From the IMG/VR virus record IMGVR_UViG_3300042922_001473: a DNA stretch of 64,000 bases, one strand, 5' to 3'. Below are positions 19,735 through 30,009 of this stretch, piece by piece. This stretch comes from a virus (lineage: Duplodnaviria; Caudoviricetes). The notes below the pieces were generated by a model. It saw nothing but the letters and a program-made list of their open reading frames with translations. It searched no databases and had not been told where the DNA came from. How positions within the stretch are numbered: the first letter of the stretch is position 1; each line of letters starts with the position of its first letter. Made by a program: the position numbers and the translations under genes.

Positions 19735-19935
19735 GCCTATACTATTGGACAGCCATTCCTTAGAACAATCTGCACCATATAATAAGCAATTTATATTACA
19801 TCCTGATTCATCAGCTTTGCAGATATCTTTTCTTATAATGCTTTTTAATTTTTCAAAATCTGTTTTAATAATTAAATCCTCCTATTATTAAGATTTTATT
19901 TACTAAGATTTATAGGCTCAACATAATATCGCAAA

Positions 19936-20298
19936 TTAACTTATTTTACTAATAAATTCAGCAATCAAAAGAAGTTTTTCAGGAGATATGTTTGAGTTTT
20001 TAGCAAAAGTTACAACATTTAAATATTTAAAGTTATCTTTATATTCCAACATTTCAACGTCTAAATTAATATTTCTTCCAACTAAACAATCCAGCGAAAT
20101 ATTGAAATAATCTGCTACTTTTACTAACTTATCTATTGATGGGCAATTACTAACCCATCGTCTGATGGAATTGTTACTTAAGCCAACATTTCTTTCTAAT
20201 TCAGCGAAAGTTAAATTTCTTGTTTCACATAACTGTGTTATATTTTCCACTAACCTAACTAACATATAATTGCACCTCAACTTTATTTGTCGTTGCAA
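19936..20298 (-). CDS. XRE-family HTH transcriptional regulator
   Basis: LTFAELERNVGLS...PSIDKLVKVADYFNISLDCLVGR. Confidence 0.9.
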   Translation of the reverse strand: MQRQIKLRCNYMLVRLVENITQLCETRNLTFAELERNVGLSNNSIRRWVSNCPSIDKLVKVADYFNISLDCLVGRNINLDVEMLEYKDNFKYLNVVTFAKNSNISPEKLLLIAEFISKIS

Positions 20299-20387
20299 TA
20301 AATACTACACATAAATTTAAAATTCATGTATCATTGAATCTATTATTGCATTTTCATGAAAATTATGTTATTCTATTTATATAATAT

Positions 20388-20416
20388 ATTATACCACATT
20401 TTGTATTGTTTGTAAA
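20388..20416 (-). promoter_or_regulatory. sigmaA promoter TTTACA-N17-TATAAT
   Basis: Exact 17-bp spacing with TG extension. Confidence 0.75.
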
Positions 20417-20470
20417 TTAAAATTTACTAAATATATAATATTTTAACTTAATTTTTTTAAGGAGACTAAT

Positions 20471-21160
20471 ATGATAAACCTATCAAAAGAATCAATTGAA
20501 TATATTAACAAATACTTTCCATTAATTAAAGTACGAGAAGATAAAATTTTGATAAAAAGTGGAACTTATATGACAATTCCCTCAAAACTTTACCCATTAA
20601 CTAATCAAAAAACTATAAAGTTGTTCTGTTACGCTAATACAGAAGAAATTGAAGACGAAAAAATACAAGAGATATATGATGTAATAAATATAAAAGTAGG
20701 TAGTTGTTATACCAATTCTCTAAATGTATTTAAAGCTCTTGTGTCTAATAATATTTCTGATGTTAAAACCTATGTAGGTTGGGTTATAATTGATGAAGTG
20801 CCAATACATCATTGTTGGACAGTATACAAAGATATTCATGTTATAGATGGTAGCGTTGAAAAAACTGTTTATTTAACTCATAAATATATTATAGAAAACA
20901 ATATAACTGACATTAATGAGCAACGTAAGATACATGCTAAAGTAATTATTGAAAATAAAAAGAAGAATAATCATATGGTAAAAACCTTTGGGCAAGTAAG
21001 TCCTTTATGTTTTTATGTAGGAACTGAAGAGTATCCAATTAAAGGTGCAAACATATATAGTGAGTTAATAAAGAAATATCCTGACCATCCTTCATATAAA
21101 TCAGCAGGAATGAATCCAAATGGAGCTTCCACTCTACAAAAAATGGTGCTTGATAAATAG
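20471..21160 (+). CDS. hypothetical protein, possible transglutaminase/papain-like Cys-His-Asp triad
   Basis: GSCYTNS...HHCW...VIDG. Confidence 0.55.
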   Translation: MINLSKESIEYINKYFPLIKVREDKILIKSGTYMTIPSKLYPLTNQKTIKLFCYANTEEIEDEKIQEIYDVINIKVGSCYTNSLNVFKALVSNNISDVKTYVGWVIIDEVPIHHCWTVYKDIHVIDGSVEKTVYLTHKYIIENNITDINEQRKIHAKVIIENKKKNNHMVKTFGQVSPLCFYVGTEEYPIKGANIYSELIKKYPDHPSYKSAGMNPNGASTLQKMVLDK

Positions 21161-21272
21161 ATAATGGTATAAAATTTTAACTGTGTAATAGTGAAGCATT
21201 AAATATAAAAAAGAATGTGTTAAATTAAAATTTAATTTCTAAAGTAGTATGTGAAAGAGAGGAACTTTATTA

Positions 21273-21473
21273 TTGAAATATATAATTTATGCAATATTTA
21301 TTGCCTGTATTGTTGGATATTTAGTAAGCTTTGCATTAGCAGAAGATAATGCAAGCAAGGAAAGTGTTAAGCAAACGCCTGTTGATATTATAAAAATGGT
21401 TGTAAGTGTACTTGTTGCTTTAATAGTAGTTGTTTTAATTGCTGTCAAGTTATATTTATTTTTCATTAACTAA
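21273..21473 (+). CDS. small two-TM membrane protein
   Basis: Two hydrophobic helices; GAGG RBS. Confidence 0.55.
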   Translation: MKYIIYAIFIACIVGYLVSFALAEDNASKESVKQTPVDIIKMVVSVLVALIVVVLIAVKLYLFFIN

Positions 21474-21609
21474 ACTAAAATTTAACTATATAACATTCCA
21501 TATACCAATAAATAAAATAGTAATAAGTAATCACTCCAATTTTAGCAGAATATAATATATTTGAACAAAAAATAAGGTATTTGACAATATTATATGAGGA
21601 GTAAATTAA

Positions 21610-22230
21610 TTGAAAAAAGGTATACTAAATGACAACTTCCCTGTTATTAGTTTTGACAAGTTGTATCATGTTGGAAATATGAACAAAGAAGATAAGAAGT
21701 TAAATAGTTTAGAAGGTGAAGGATTATCAGTATCGCTATATCCTGACGAATGGAAAGACATTGCTTCTTTATCTGGCAATCTATTTTCTTTAATCAAAGC
21801 AAATAATTATTTTTTAGATTTTCACGAGCTTAATGACGAACAAAAGAGTATTATGATTAAATGGGGTTTAGAAAATAACTATATTAAGAATTGCAAGATT
21901 TACAAAGTTTCATTTTATAGTGGTGATTTGGATATGAATGTTTCATGTAACTTTGTAAATTATGAGGAAGCTCTTACAGAAGTTTGCAATGAAGAGGATA
22001 TAGAGATATTAGACGGTTATATAGCAACTGATAAAATGATTGAAAGAACCTTAAATGAATGCGAACCATCAATTTGTATAGATTTATTATCAACCATATA
22101 TGTAGAAGATGTTCTAAAAATTGATGGTGTTTACTGGGAAGATATTTTAGATACGTCTATCTTATCTGCTCCAAGAGGAGTTATTAATTTATCTCAAATA
22201 AAAAATTGGGACATTAAAAAAATCAATTAA
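21610..22230 (+). CDS. hypothetical protein (possible ART-like fold)
   Basis: LYHVG...EGEGLSVS; GAGGAG RBS. Confidence 0.65.
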   Translation: MKKGILNDNFPVISFDKLYHVGNMNKEDKKLNSLEGEGLSVSLYPDEWKDIASLSGNLFSLIKANNYFLDFHELNDEQKSIMIKWGLENNYIKNCKIYKVSFYSGDLDMNVSCNFVNYEEALTEVCNEEDIEILDGYIATDKMIERTLNECEPSICIDLLSTIYVEDVLKIDGVYWEDILDTSILSAPRGVINLSQIKNWDIKKIN

Positions 22231-22302
22231 TTTAAAACAATAGTATTTCAAGCAAAACAGTAGATTAGCTACTGTTTTTGTTTTATTATGGAAAAATTCA
22301 TA

Positions 22303-22351
22303 TTGCTAAATTATTATATAAATGATATAATCTATTTCGAACAAATGTTCG
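22303..22351 (+). promoter_or_regulatory. sigmaA promoter followed by LexA (SOS) box
   Basis: TTGCTA-N17-TATAAT (22303-22331), then CGAACAAATGTTCG (22338-22351). Confidence 0.85.
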
Positions 22352-22382
22352 GAAAATACATAAGGGAAGAAGGGGATATTTA

Positions 22383-23126
22383 TTGAAATGGGTAAAAAAT
22401 ATAGACTGTAACATAAGACATGAAATAGAAAGATTTGTTAGGAGAATAAAAAATATAAATGTTCCAACCGATAAATTATCTGAATATATTGAGAATAAAT
22501 ATTCAGGCATTATATTGGGGATAGGAAGTACTTGCTATGTTTTTGATATAAAGGGTTACGCAATTAAATATATACACTCCGAAGCTAAAAATAACTTATT
22601 TGGTGACAATATATATCCACATCAATCAAATGTATGCATTAACTATAAACAAGATTCTGATATTCTATTAGCTATGGGTAAAAAAACATATTTGCCTGTA
22701 CTTTATGGCTATGAACGCAATATAATAGTTATGGAAAAAGTTACTGGTAATACACTCGAAGATTTAATATATAGAGAAAAATTAGAGGTAGAAACTCTGA
22801 AAGAAATTGGAAATAAAATTATTTATATATTCACTGAATTTATCAATAAAGGAATATTACCTACGGATGTATTCTTTGATAACATATATATTTGTAATAA
22901 TAACGAAGTAAAAATCCTTGATTTTAACAGGTTCGTAAAGATTAATGAAATAAAGAATAGATACCTGTTTATAGACTTCAAAAAACCTCCTGAGCAATTA
23001 GCAAAAGAATACTGGTATAAGTTAGCCATGTTTGAAATGTCTGAATATTCTTTATATTTATTTGGTATATTATCTCCTGAATATTACAGAAAATCATGTT
23101 CCCTGGCATCTGCATTAATAGTTTAA
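22383..23126 (+). CDS. Ser/Thr protein kinase-like protein
   Basis: GIGSTCYVF glycine loop, YAIK, IVMEKV, PTDVFFDNI catalytic loop, ILDF. Confidence 0.8.
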   Translation: MKWVKNIDCNIRHEIERFVRRIKNINVPTDKLSEYIENKYSGIILGIGSTCYVFDIKGYAIKYIHSEAKNNLFGDNIYPHQSNVCINYKQDSDILLAMGKKTYLPVLYGYERNIIVMEKVTGNTLEDLIYREKLEVETLKEIGNKIIYIFTEFINKGILPTDVFFDNIYICNNNEVKILDFNRFVKINEIKNRYLFIDFKKPPEQLAKEYWYKLAMFEMSEYSLYLFGILSPEYYRKSCSLASALIV

Positions 23127-23436
23127 AAATAAAAAGAAGCTGTCCGTCTATTACTAATAGCTTCTTTTTATATTATGTTTCTATAATTTTATAACTGCTC
23201 ATTATTTTTTAATATATTCTTATTAGCAAATCCTTTAATACTACATTATTATATTCAGTTATGCTCTCTTATTTTGCTTCAATTTTTAAACTTTTGCAGA
23301 TTCATTTTCTGCATCAATAATCCCATCCTATAAACCATTTTATTTTAATTTTTTTACAAATTCTCGTAAAATCTAAAACTTTTATTATTTTAACATATAA
23401 AGTTCTGAACTTTCTATTATTTTAAATGATTTTTTA

Positions 23437-24051
23437 TTACTTCATACCTTTATCTTTATCGTTTATATAAGAAGTATAATCTATATTAGAATATACTACT
23501 AAAAAACCAAATAATTTTGGATAATAAAAATAATCTACTTCATAATTACTTTTATCTATATTTTCTTCTTTTTCATTCATTTGTTCTAATTGTGTTAGTT
23601 CTACTTTCCTTAAGAAATCTTCCACTTCATCCTCTATATTATCTACCGTAAAAGGAACATAATTATCTTTAAAGGAATATGTTTTATACTTTTTAAAATA
23701 CATTTCATTGATAAATGCATTGTTTTTTTTATGATACTTTAAATAAACTACTGATTGTCCTATGGTTAATGCATTATTATCTTCTCCTAATAACTTATTG
23801 TACATACTTTCATCCCAAGTAAAATCAAGACTGCTATTATTAGGATTAGTAAAATGTATTCTATAAACAGGCTCTTTTCCATTTTCTTTTAATTTACTTA
23901 TGATTTCTGCCTTATATAAAACTTCTTCAGAAGTAAAAATTGCATAACTCACATCAGATTTATCGTAAGTAGGTGTTTCATTTTTATTACTACAGCCACT
24001 TAGTATAATACTTACTGCCATTATAAAAATATTTAATAATTTTTTCTTCAT
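23437..24051 (-). CDS. lipoprotein
   Basis: Signal peptide with LSGC lipobox. Confidence 0.8.
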   Translation of the reverse strand: MKKKLLNIFIMAVSIILSGCSNKNETPTYDKSDVSYAIFTSEEVLYKAEIISKLKENGKEPVYRIHFTNPNNSSLDFTWDESMYNKLLGEDNNALTIGQSVVYLKYHKKNNAFINEMYFKKYKTYSFKDNYVPFTVDNIEDEVEDFLRKVELTQLEQMNEKEENIDKSNYEVDYFYYPKLFGFLVVYSNIDYTSYINDKDKGMK

Positions 24052-24145
24052 AAAAATTTATATTTCCTCCTCTTATATTAAATTATTTCCAAACCATTTT
24101 CAGCTTATAAACCACGAATTAATAGAATTATTCAAAACAGTAAGG

Positions 24146-24502
24146 TTATATATATTCACCTCTTATATGTCCACTTATAACTCCTGCTTCTTGCATTTCT
24201 TCCATTATATTCTCAACCTTTTCTTTCACTAAAGATGCTATCTTATGAGTAGGACTATTTTCTAATATACTCTGGTAATCATATGGCTGTAAAAAATCTT
24301 CATCTAAAACCGATATATCTAAATCTGTTACATCGTTTTTATTGATAGATATGTAAAAACATATATCATGTCCTAACCCTCTATTTAAACTCCAATAGTT
24401 TTTATTAATATTATGAAAACCTATCTTTTTCATTTCTTCTTCACTTAATTCATGGGCTTTAATACATACATTTACTCCATGTTTATTAGTTTTTATTTCC
24501 AT
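24146..24502 (-). CDS. phage-type hypothetical protein
   Basis: 118 aa, VLDEDFLQPYDY motif. Confidence 0.7.
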   Translation of the reverse strand: MEIKTNKHGVNVCIKAHELSEEEMKKIGFHNINKNYWSLNRGLGHDICFYISINKNDVTDLDISVLDEDFLQPYDYQSILENSPTHKIASLVKEKVENIMEEMQEAGVISGHIRGEYI

Positions 24503-24599
24503 TTACATTCCCCTTATTTACATATTCGGTTTTGCTTCTATTACCTCATTATTATATAAATATTGCCAGTTCAACTAATTTTTATTTTATGTATAATAT

Positions 24600-24628
24600 A
24601 TTATACCACAGTATATATTTTTTGTAAA
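24600..24628 (-). promoter_or_regulatory. sigmaA promoter TTTACA-N17-TATAAT
   Basis: Exact spacing with TG extension. Confidence 0.75.
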
Positions 24629-24815
24629 TTATATTTTATATATTTAAGATATTACGATATACTTTGTTAATTATTTAAAAAGCTATAAAATAAAAACAGC
24701 ATTCTCTAAAAACTAAGAATACTGCTTTTACGTTTCTATTTGATTTTTAACAGTTATCTCTGCTATGAGCATGAGTTTTATGTCTTCATCCCGACTTTAT
24801 CATTAATTTACTATA

Positions 24816-25178
24816 TTAGGCAATTAATAATTTTAAATTTTCTATTTCTTCTCTCATTACATTTTCTTCAGAGCTTAAAATGTTAAGAATTTTATTACCA
24901 GTTAATGAATAGGACATTCCATAATTAATTATAGTACATATATCTTCATACGTTAAAGATTTATATTCATTAAATTCTTCATTAAATTCAACATATACAT
25001 AATCTTCTTTAAAATATGACATTTTATCTATCAGGCTATTATAATATGCCTTAACATCTTCAGCTTCTCCAAACTTCATAAGACTGCCATTTTTATCTAT
25101 CAAAATAGCAGGTTTTCTAATTATGATTCCATCATTTGTGAATAAATCACCAAACTTGTCATTTACTTTTAACTTCAT
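24816..25178 (-). CDS. hypothetical protein
   Basis: 120 aa; GAGGTG RBS. Confidence 0.65.
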   Translation of the reverse strand: MKLKVNDKFGDLFTNDGIIIRKPAILIDKNGSLMKFGEAEDVKAYYNSLIDKMSYFKEDYVYVEFNEEFNEYKSLTYEDICTIINYGMSYSLTGNKILNILSSEENVMREEIENLKLLIA

Positions 25179-25188
25179 ATTTCACCTC

Positions 25189-25959
25189 TTAATTTAATTC
25201 CATATCTAAAGTTTTTACAATTTCTTCTTTGCTGTCATTCTCAGTAGCAGTCCATTCTATTTCACAATAATCATCTTCTTCATAATCAAATATTACACGA
25301 ATCTGGTAATAATAACTTTTATAAATATTACTATACATATACTCTGTTTCAATGGTTGCCCTTTTTTTACTACTATTAGATATTATTTTATATGTTATTA
25401 TATTATTCCCTAATTGATTAGAAATCATCCTATCTACCAATTCTTCAATTTGATTTAAAGGAAACTCTCTTATGGCTTTCTTATTATTAGTCTGACTATG
25501 TTCTTCATTTTTAATTTCTTTAGCCTGTTTGTCCTTTAATCTTTTAATTTCCTTTGAAGCTTCCTTTTTAGTGGCAAATATAACTCTTTTCCCAAAATTT
25601 TTCAGACTGTATTCGATAGGAATATTAAATTTACCCCAGCCACTCTCCCTGTATCCATGAGCTGTAATATTGTCTTCAAAAATCTTTATGCAATTTATTT
25701 TAAAGGATAAAGGTTTTTTATATCTTTCATCAGCAATCCAAACTATATCTCCTACTTTACATGGAAATTCTATAACTGTCTTATCTCCGTTTTTAAGTTC
25801 TGGTGCTGACAATAATAAATCATTTAAATTTGACACAACATCTTCTAACGCATTTCTTATTCCAAAATACATATCAGAATCTTCATAATGTTTTGTATTT
25901 TTATTTTCACTTATCTCTTTTTCATATTTTTTAATAAGTTCTTTTAATTTTTCTTCCAT
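25189..25959 (-). CDS. mosaic phage-type hypothetical protein
   Basis: Contains FPCKVGDIVW...FGK.VIF.TKKEA phage module. Confidence 0.7.
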   Translation of the reverse strand: MEEKLKELIKKYEKEISENKNTKHYEDSDMYFGIRNALEDVVSNLNDLLLSAPELKNGDKTVIEFPCKVGDIVWIADERYKKPLSFKINCIKIFEDNITAHGYRESGWGKFNIPIEYSLKNFGKRVIFATKKEASKEIKRLKDKQAKEIKNEEHSQTNNKKAIREFPLNQIEELVDRMISNQLGNNIITYKIISNSSKKRATIETEYMYSNIYKSYYYQIRVIFDYEEDDYCEIEWTATENDSKEEIVKTLDMELN

Positions 25960-26307
25960 AATTAAATAATTTCTCCTATTTTTTATTTTATATATTCAGT
26001 TATGTGATAATTTTGCTATTCATTTAAAAATTCGATTACACAAAATATCAAATATATTATGAAAGCAACTACTACATCTCCCCAAATTACCTTAAAAAGT
26101 AATTTTAAAACCTCTAATATTTCATAAAATGTCATTTTTATATTTCAGTTTTTCTCCTGTTCAAATTGTTATATTTAAATAGCTCCTATTTATTATTTTT
26201 ATTATTATATGTATAATACTGAGATTAATAAAGTATCAAAACAATAATTAAGTGAATACCCCCTCTACTTATTAAACCTTAGTAGTTATGAAGGTATTCA
26301 CTTATGA

Positions 26308-27513
26308 TTAAAGTTCATAATTTGAAATTGTATTTCTTGAAGCTCCATAACTTAAATATCCTTCATTAAAACCTACACTATTAAATGTATCAGTAATAAA
26401 TTGTTTAATAGACGAAATTTTTTCTTTTGAATTAGTTATGTATTTTGCTTCATTATTTATCTGGTCTAAGCAAGTTATCGCAAGTTTTGCATTAAAGTTT
26501 AGACTTTTTGCATATTTTAAGTCATTTCGTATGGTTTTTCCAAGTAAATCTATATCAAGTATTCCAAATCTTAATGTTCCTTGATATGGATTTGGCACAT
26601 TTGTCAAATCTATAATCTTTTCATATGGTTTATTTCTTGTTTCAGTCGGGAATGTCCCTACACCATGTCTTGTAAGGTACGCTCTTGTAACATAAATAAT
26701 TTCTATATCTTCTTTTTCAAATCCTATTCTATTTATGAGTTCTACTACATTTTTAATGCCTGTGTTTGAACGGGTGACATATGGGAAATACTCATGTCCC
26801 TGGTCGAGCATTAATCCCTGTGCTCCCTCAAATATAATATTATCAAATTCTTGTAGGATTCCAATGTCTCTCACTTTAATTTTATCCAACATATTGTTAA
26901 TGTCATATATATAATTCTCTATAATTCCTTCGTTATTAAGTAAAGAACAATATCTTTCAGGTACAGAAGATACTCCTAAGTTATAAAATCTATTCATATT
27001 ATATTGTTCTTTGATTATAGCTAACTTTTCTCTTAGTAATTGTTCATTAAATAAATCATTAACAGTTATTTTGAATTTTTCATCTTCTAAACTTCTTGTA
27101 ATCGTCTCATTAAAACCAAGACCACAACTTCCATGTTTTAAATTTCCTCTAAACGCTTCAACAGCTTGATTAATAATCATATCAAAAGGGGTAGTTACAA
27201 TACAATTTTTATCAACATAAACAATAGGGTTTACTCCTAAACTATTTAGGCTATTAATTTCTTTTTCAAAAGTCATTGGATTAACAACGAAGTATTCGCT
27301 AAGATAAGTAGGTTTGCCAGTAAAAGAACCTGCACCAAAATGCCCAAACACATGTCTCTTACCATCAGGAGTTTCTATTGTGTGACCTGCTTGTGCTCCC
27401 CCATTAAAGCGAACAACTATAGCATTTTCTATTCCTGCTGATAAATAATCAGTCATTAACCCCTTTCCTTCATCTCCAAAATTGCTTCCTATGACTACTT
27501 TTATATTTTTCAT
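26308..27513 (-). CDS. divergent adenylosuccinate-synthetase-like (PurA fold) enzyme
   Basis: GDEGKG, RFNGGAQAGHT, FEGAQGLMLD, PYVTRSNT, YLTRHG; Asp-binding TTGR loop and TKLD motif replaced. Confidence 0.85.
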   Translation of the reverse strand: MKNIKVVIGSNFGDEGKGLMTDYLSAGIENAIVVRFNGGAQAGHTIETPDGKRHVFGHFGAGSFTGKPTYLSEYFVVNPMTFEKEINSLNSLGVNPIVYVDKNCIVTTPFDMIINQAVEAFRGNLKHGSCGLGFNETITRSLEDEKFKITVNDLFNEQLLREKLAIIKEQYNMNRFYNLGVSSVPERYCSLLNNEGIIENYIYDINNMLDKIKVRDIGILQEFDNIIFEGAQGLMLDQGHEYFPYVTRSNTGIKNVVELINRIGFEKEDIEIIYVTRAYLTRHGVGTFPTETRNKPYEKIIDLTNVPNPYQGTLRFGILDIDLLGKTIRNDLKYAKSLNFNAKLAITCLDQINNEAKYITNSKEKISSIKQFITDTFNSVGFNEGYLSYGASRNTISNYEL

Positions 27514-27553
27514 AATTAACCCCCTCTTTTTCTCTTAATAGAAGGAAGTTAGG

Positions 27554-28477
27554 TTAAAACCTAACTATACCTCCTGCAGTATCTATCTTACTTAAAGAAC
27601 TAACCGCTTTTTCCACAACCAATGAAGTTGAACCATCCCAGCTCTTAATAACTTTGTCTGTGTCAGCTCCATTTTCTATTTGTAGTGTAGAAACAATGAC
27701 CTCTGCTAACTTAGTATGGTCAGATAGTCTTATAGCTCTTTGACCTAATAATTCTGTCCAAGCATTTACCACTTGCTCTCCTCTACTTCTAAAATAATTA
27801 CCATTTTCGACCATAATATGATAAACTTCATATTGCCTTGATACCATTGTTAATAATTCTTGTACTTCAATCTTATCAAATTGTGGTTTAATTCCAAATA
27901 CTCTTTCTATATCACAACCTCTTAAATAAGGTGTCGGAAGTTCATCTCCAATAGTAAATAAGTATCCTTTCTTTCCACGCTTTTCAAAACTATCAATTCT
28001 TGTATACATTGAAGCAAAGTACCAAGCTAAAGCATATGATTCATAATTATTTCCTCCACCACCCTTTTCAAGGTAAATTTTAGATAATTGTTCGGCAATA
28101 CGAATATCTGCTTCAAATTGTGTTGCTTGAAGTGGTGCTCTATCTCCTTCCTCTACATCTCCAATACCTAAAAACATGATATGTGGGTCTGTAATCGGTT
28201 TTCTGTTATATACTTCTGTTGCAAGTGTTTTTAATCCATCCCTTGCCATTACATCAAGTACTGAACCCATTGAACCCGTAACATCAAGTGCTACAATAAG
28301 TGGACTTGATAATGGGTTATCTACTGAATCACATGATTCTCTCATTTTAATATCTTTCGGGTTTAAATCTTTATCAATATTTTTTGCAGTATAAATTTCT
28401 TCAACAGTAGCCTTTCCTATTATATTTTTAGTTGCATACCTTACCCAGTCGCTTTCTTTCCATCTTCCTTCACCCAT
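27554..28477 (-). CDS. vWA-domain protein
   Basis: MIDAS-like DVTGSMG, GGGGNNYESY, IGDE. Confidence 0.85.
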   Translation of the reverse strand: MGEGRWKESDWVRYATKNIIGKATVEEIYTAKNIDKDLNPKDIKMRESCDSVDNPLSSPLIVALDVTGSMGSVLDVMARDGLKTLATEVYNRKPITDPHIMFLGIGDVEEGDRAPLQATQFEADIRIAEQLSKIYLEKGGGGNNYESYALAWYFASMYTRIDSFEKRGKKGYLFTIGDELPTPYLRGCDIERVFGIKPQFDKIEVQELLTMVSRQYEVYHIMVENGNYFRSRGEQVVNAWTELLGQRAIRLSDHTKLAEVIVSTLQIENGADTDKVIKSWDGSTSLVVEKAVSSLSKIDTAGGIVRF

Positions 28478-28483
28478 AATTTA

Positions 28484-29527
28484 TTACCTCCTATTATTTT
28501 TATTATATAATTCTTCTTTATTAACAATCATTTCAATAAATTTTCTTTCTCCAAAGCTTTCTTCTAAGACTTTTCCCCATTTTGAATATTCTTCTAATGC
28601 ACTTTTTGATGATGAAGTACCTCTTAACCAATTCGTTAATGGAAGGGGGATATCATTCATTTGTACTAATTTTGTTCCATTCTTATCCCCTAAAAGCTCT
28701 CTTCCAATCATTCTAACAGATTCTAAATCTGTCAATAAGCTACCATTCTTCTTGTTTTTTATATGTGGAGGCATAATAGTGTAGATTTTTTCTGGCACTC
28801 CTATCATTTTCTCCCCTTGATTTACTGAATACCACCACCCACCTAAAAGAACTCCACTATGATATTTTGGTGATATGAAATATGTTTCTAATGATATTGC
28901 ATTATGAGATATTCCTGAATAATCAAAATAGCATAAAAGATTGTATAAACTACTTAGTATCCATGCCACATGTCGAGGTGAAACTCTTTCATCATAATAA
29001 TTAAAAATATCTTTTAAAAGGAATACATCTGGTGTTTTATCTATAATTAATCCAATTTTATAATCAATTGTTTCAAAAGTCGCTTTTATTTTAGGAAGAT
29101 ACCTCGATATTTCTTTTTCCATATTCTCATTTGCATACTTAAAATCATTGATTGTTCTTTTAGCATTTTCAACTAAATCACTATTTTTCTTGTCTACTAT
29201 AAAAGCTACTGAAGCATCACCTACATACATTGTTCCTAATTCAAAAGAATGAGATTTGTGATACTTTATTTCATTTACATTACCATTTACTCCTGATAGC
29301 TTTATAACTCCTGGTTTTTTATATGTGCCAGTCCTAATCATCTCAACACATTCGTTATAAAGTTTATTAACATTCGCCATTACTTCATTTGATTCTTTTG
29401 AATTGCTATTTAAATCAGGATGCCACTGTTTAGCTAATTGTGAATACTTCAGTTTAATTTCATTTATATTGTCAGAAAATAACTCACCAGCTTCTTTAAT
29501 ATTTAATATTTCACTTGCAGATAACAT
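28484..29527 (-). CDS. J-domain fused to kinase-like (probably pseudokinase) domain
   Basis: LAKQWHPD; HVAWILSSL...GISHNAISLETY...LLGGWWY in place of HRD and DFG. Confidence 0.75.
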   Translation of the reverse strand: MLSASEILNIKEAGELFSDNINEIKLKYSQLAKQWHPDLNSNSKESNEVMANVNKLYNECVEMIRTGTYKKPGVIKLSGVNGNVNEIKYHKSHSFELGTMYVGDASVAFIVDKKNSDLVENAKRTINDFKYANENMEKEISRYLPKIKATFETIDYKIGLIIDKTPDVFLLKDIFNYYDERVSPRHVAWILSSLYNLLCYFDYSGISHNAISLETYFISPKYHSGVLLGGWWYSVNQGEKMIGVPEKIYTIMPPHIKNKKNGSLLTDLESVRMIGRELLGDKNGTKLVQMNDIPLPLTNWLRGTSSSKSALEEYSKWGKVLEESFGERKFIEMIVNKEELYNKNNRR

Positions 29528-29549
29528 CTCACTACCTCCTTTCCTGAAA

Positions 29550-29618
29550 TTTGATAATATCGTTTTGTTATTATCTATTTGATATTATCATTATAATACT
29601 AATTATATTATATGTCAA
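29550..29618 (-). promoter_or_regulatory. operon promoter (TTGACA-N17-TATAAT, 29590-29618) with three 12-bp direct repeats at 14-bp period
   Basis: tttgataatatc 29550, tttgttattatc 29564, tttgatattatc 29578. Confidence 0.7.
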
Positions 29619-30009
29619 TATAAAATATTCCAAATAATGTTCTATATAGTTTTAATTAATAATTACTTTTCTATGTTAGTGAGTAAAAGTTTATTATGAA
29701 TGTACTTGTTTTGGATTTATAGGGACTTATTTACTATTTAAAGGCTATAATGTTAATATCTCGCATTAGTTGTTAGTGATTTTATGTCCTCTTAAAATAG
29801 TGTTTAAATGGCTTTAAAAACAAAAGAAAATAGAAAAATAACAACGGATTCATTATTGATGCGTAAAACTAAAAATCACGTCAAAGTTCACAGTGGTTTT
29901 TACATCAAATTTTGATAAACATTATAAACAAATAATTGATGCATATAATACAATGTGAACCATTATAATGTAGTTCAATAACGAACATCTTAACAGGTTA
30001 AATTAATAT

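Noticed and set aside
26308-27513. PurZ (2-aminoadenine DNA pathway)
   Set aside because: Retains the GDEGKG Asp rather than the PurZ Ser, and no DatZ, MazZ or polymerase neighbours are in the window.
26308-27513. Housekeeping purA
   Set aside because: The Asp-binding, IMP-binding and GTP-binding loops are replaced, so the gene symbol is withheld.
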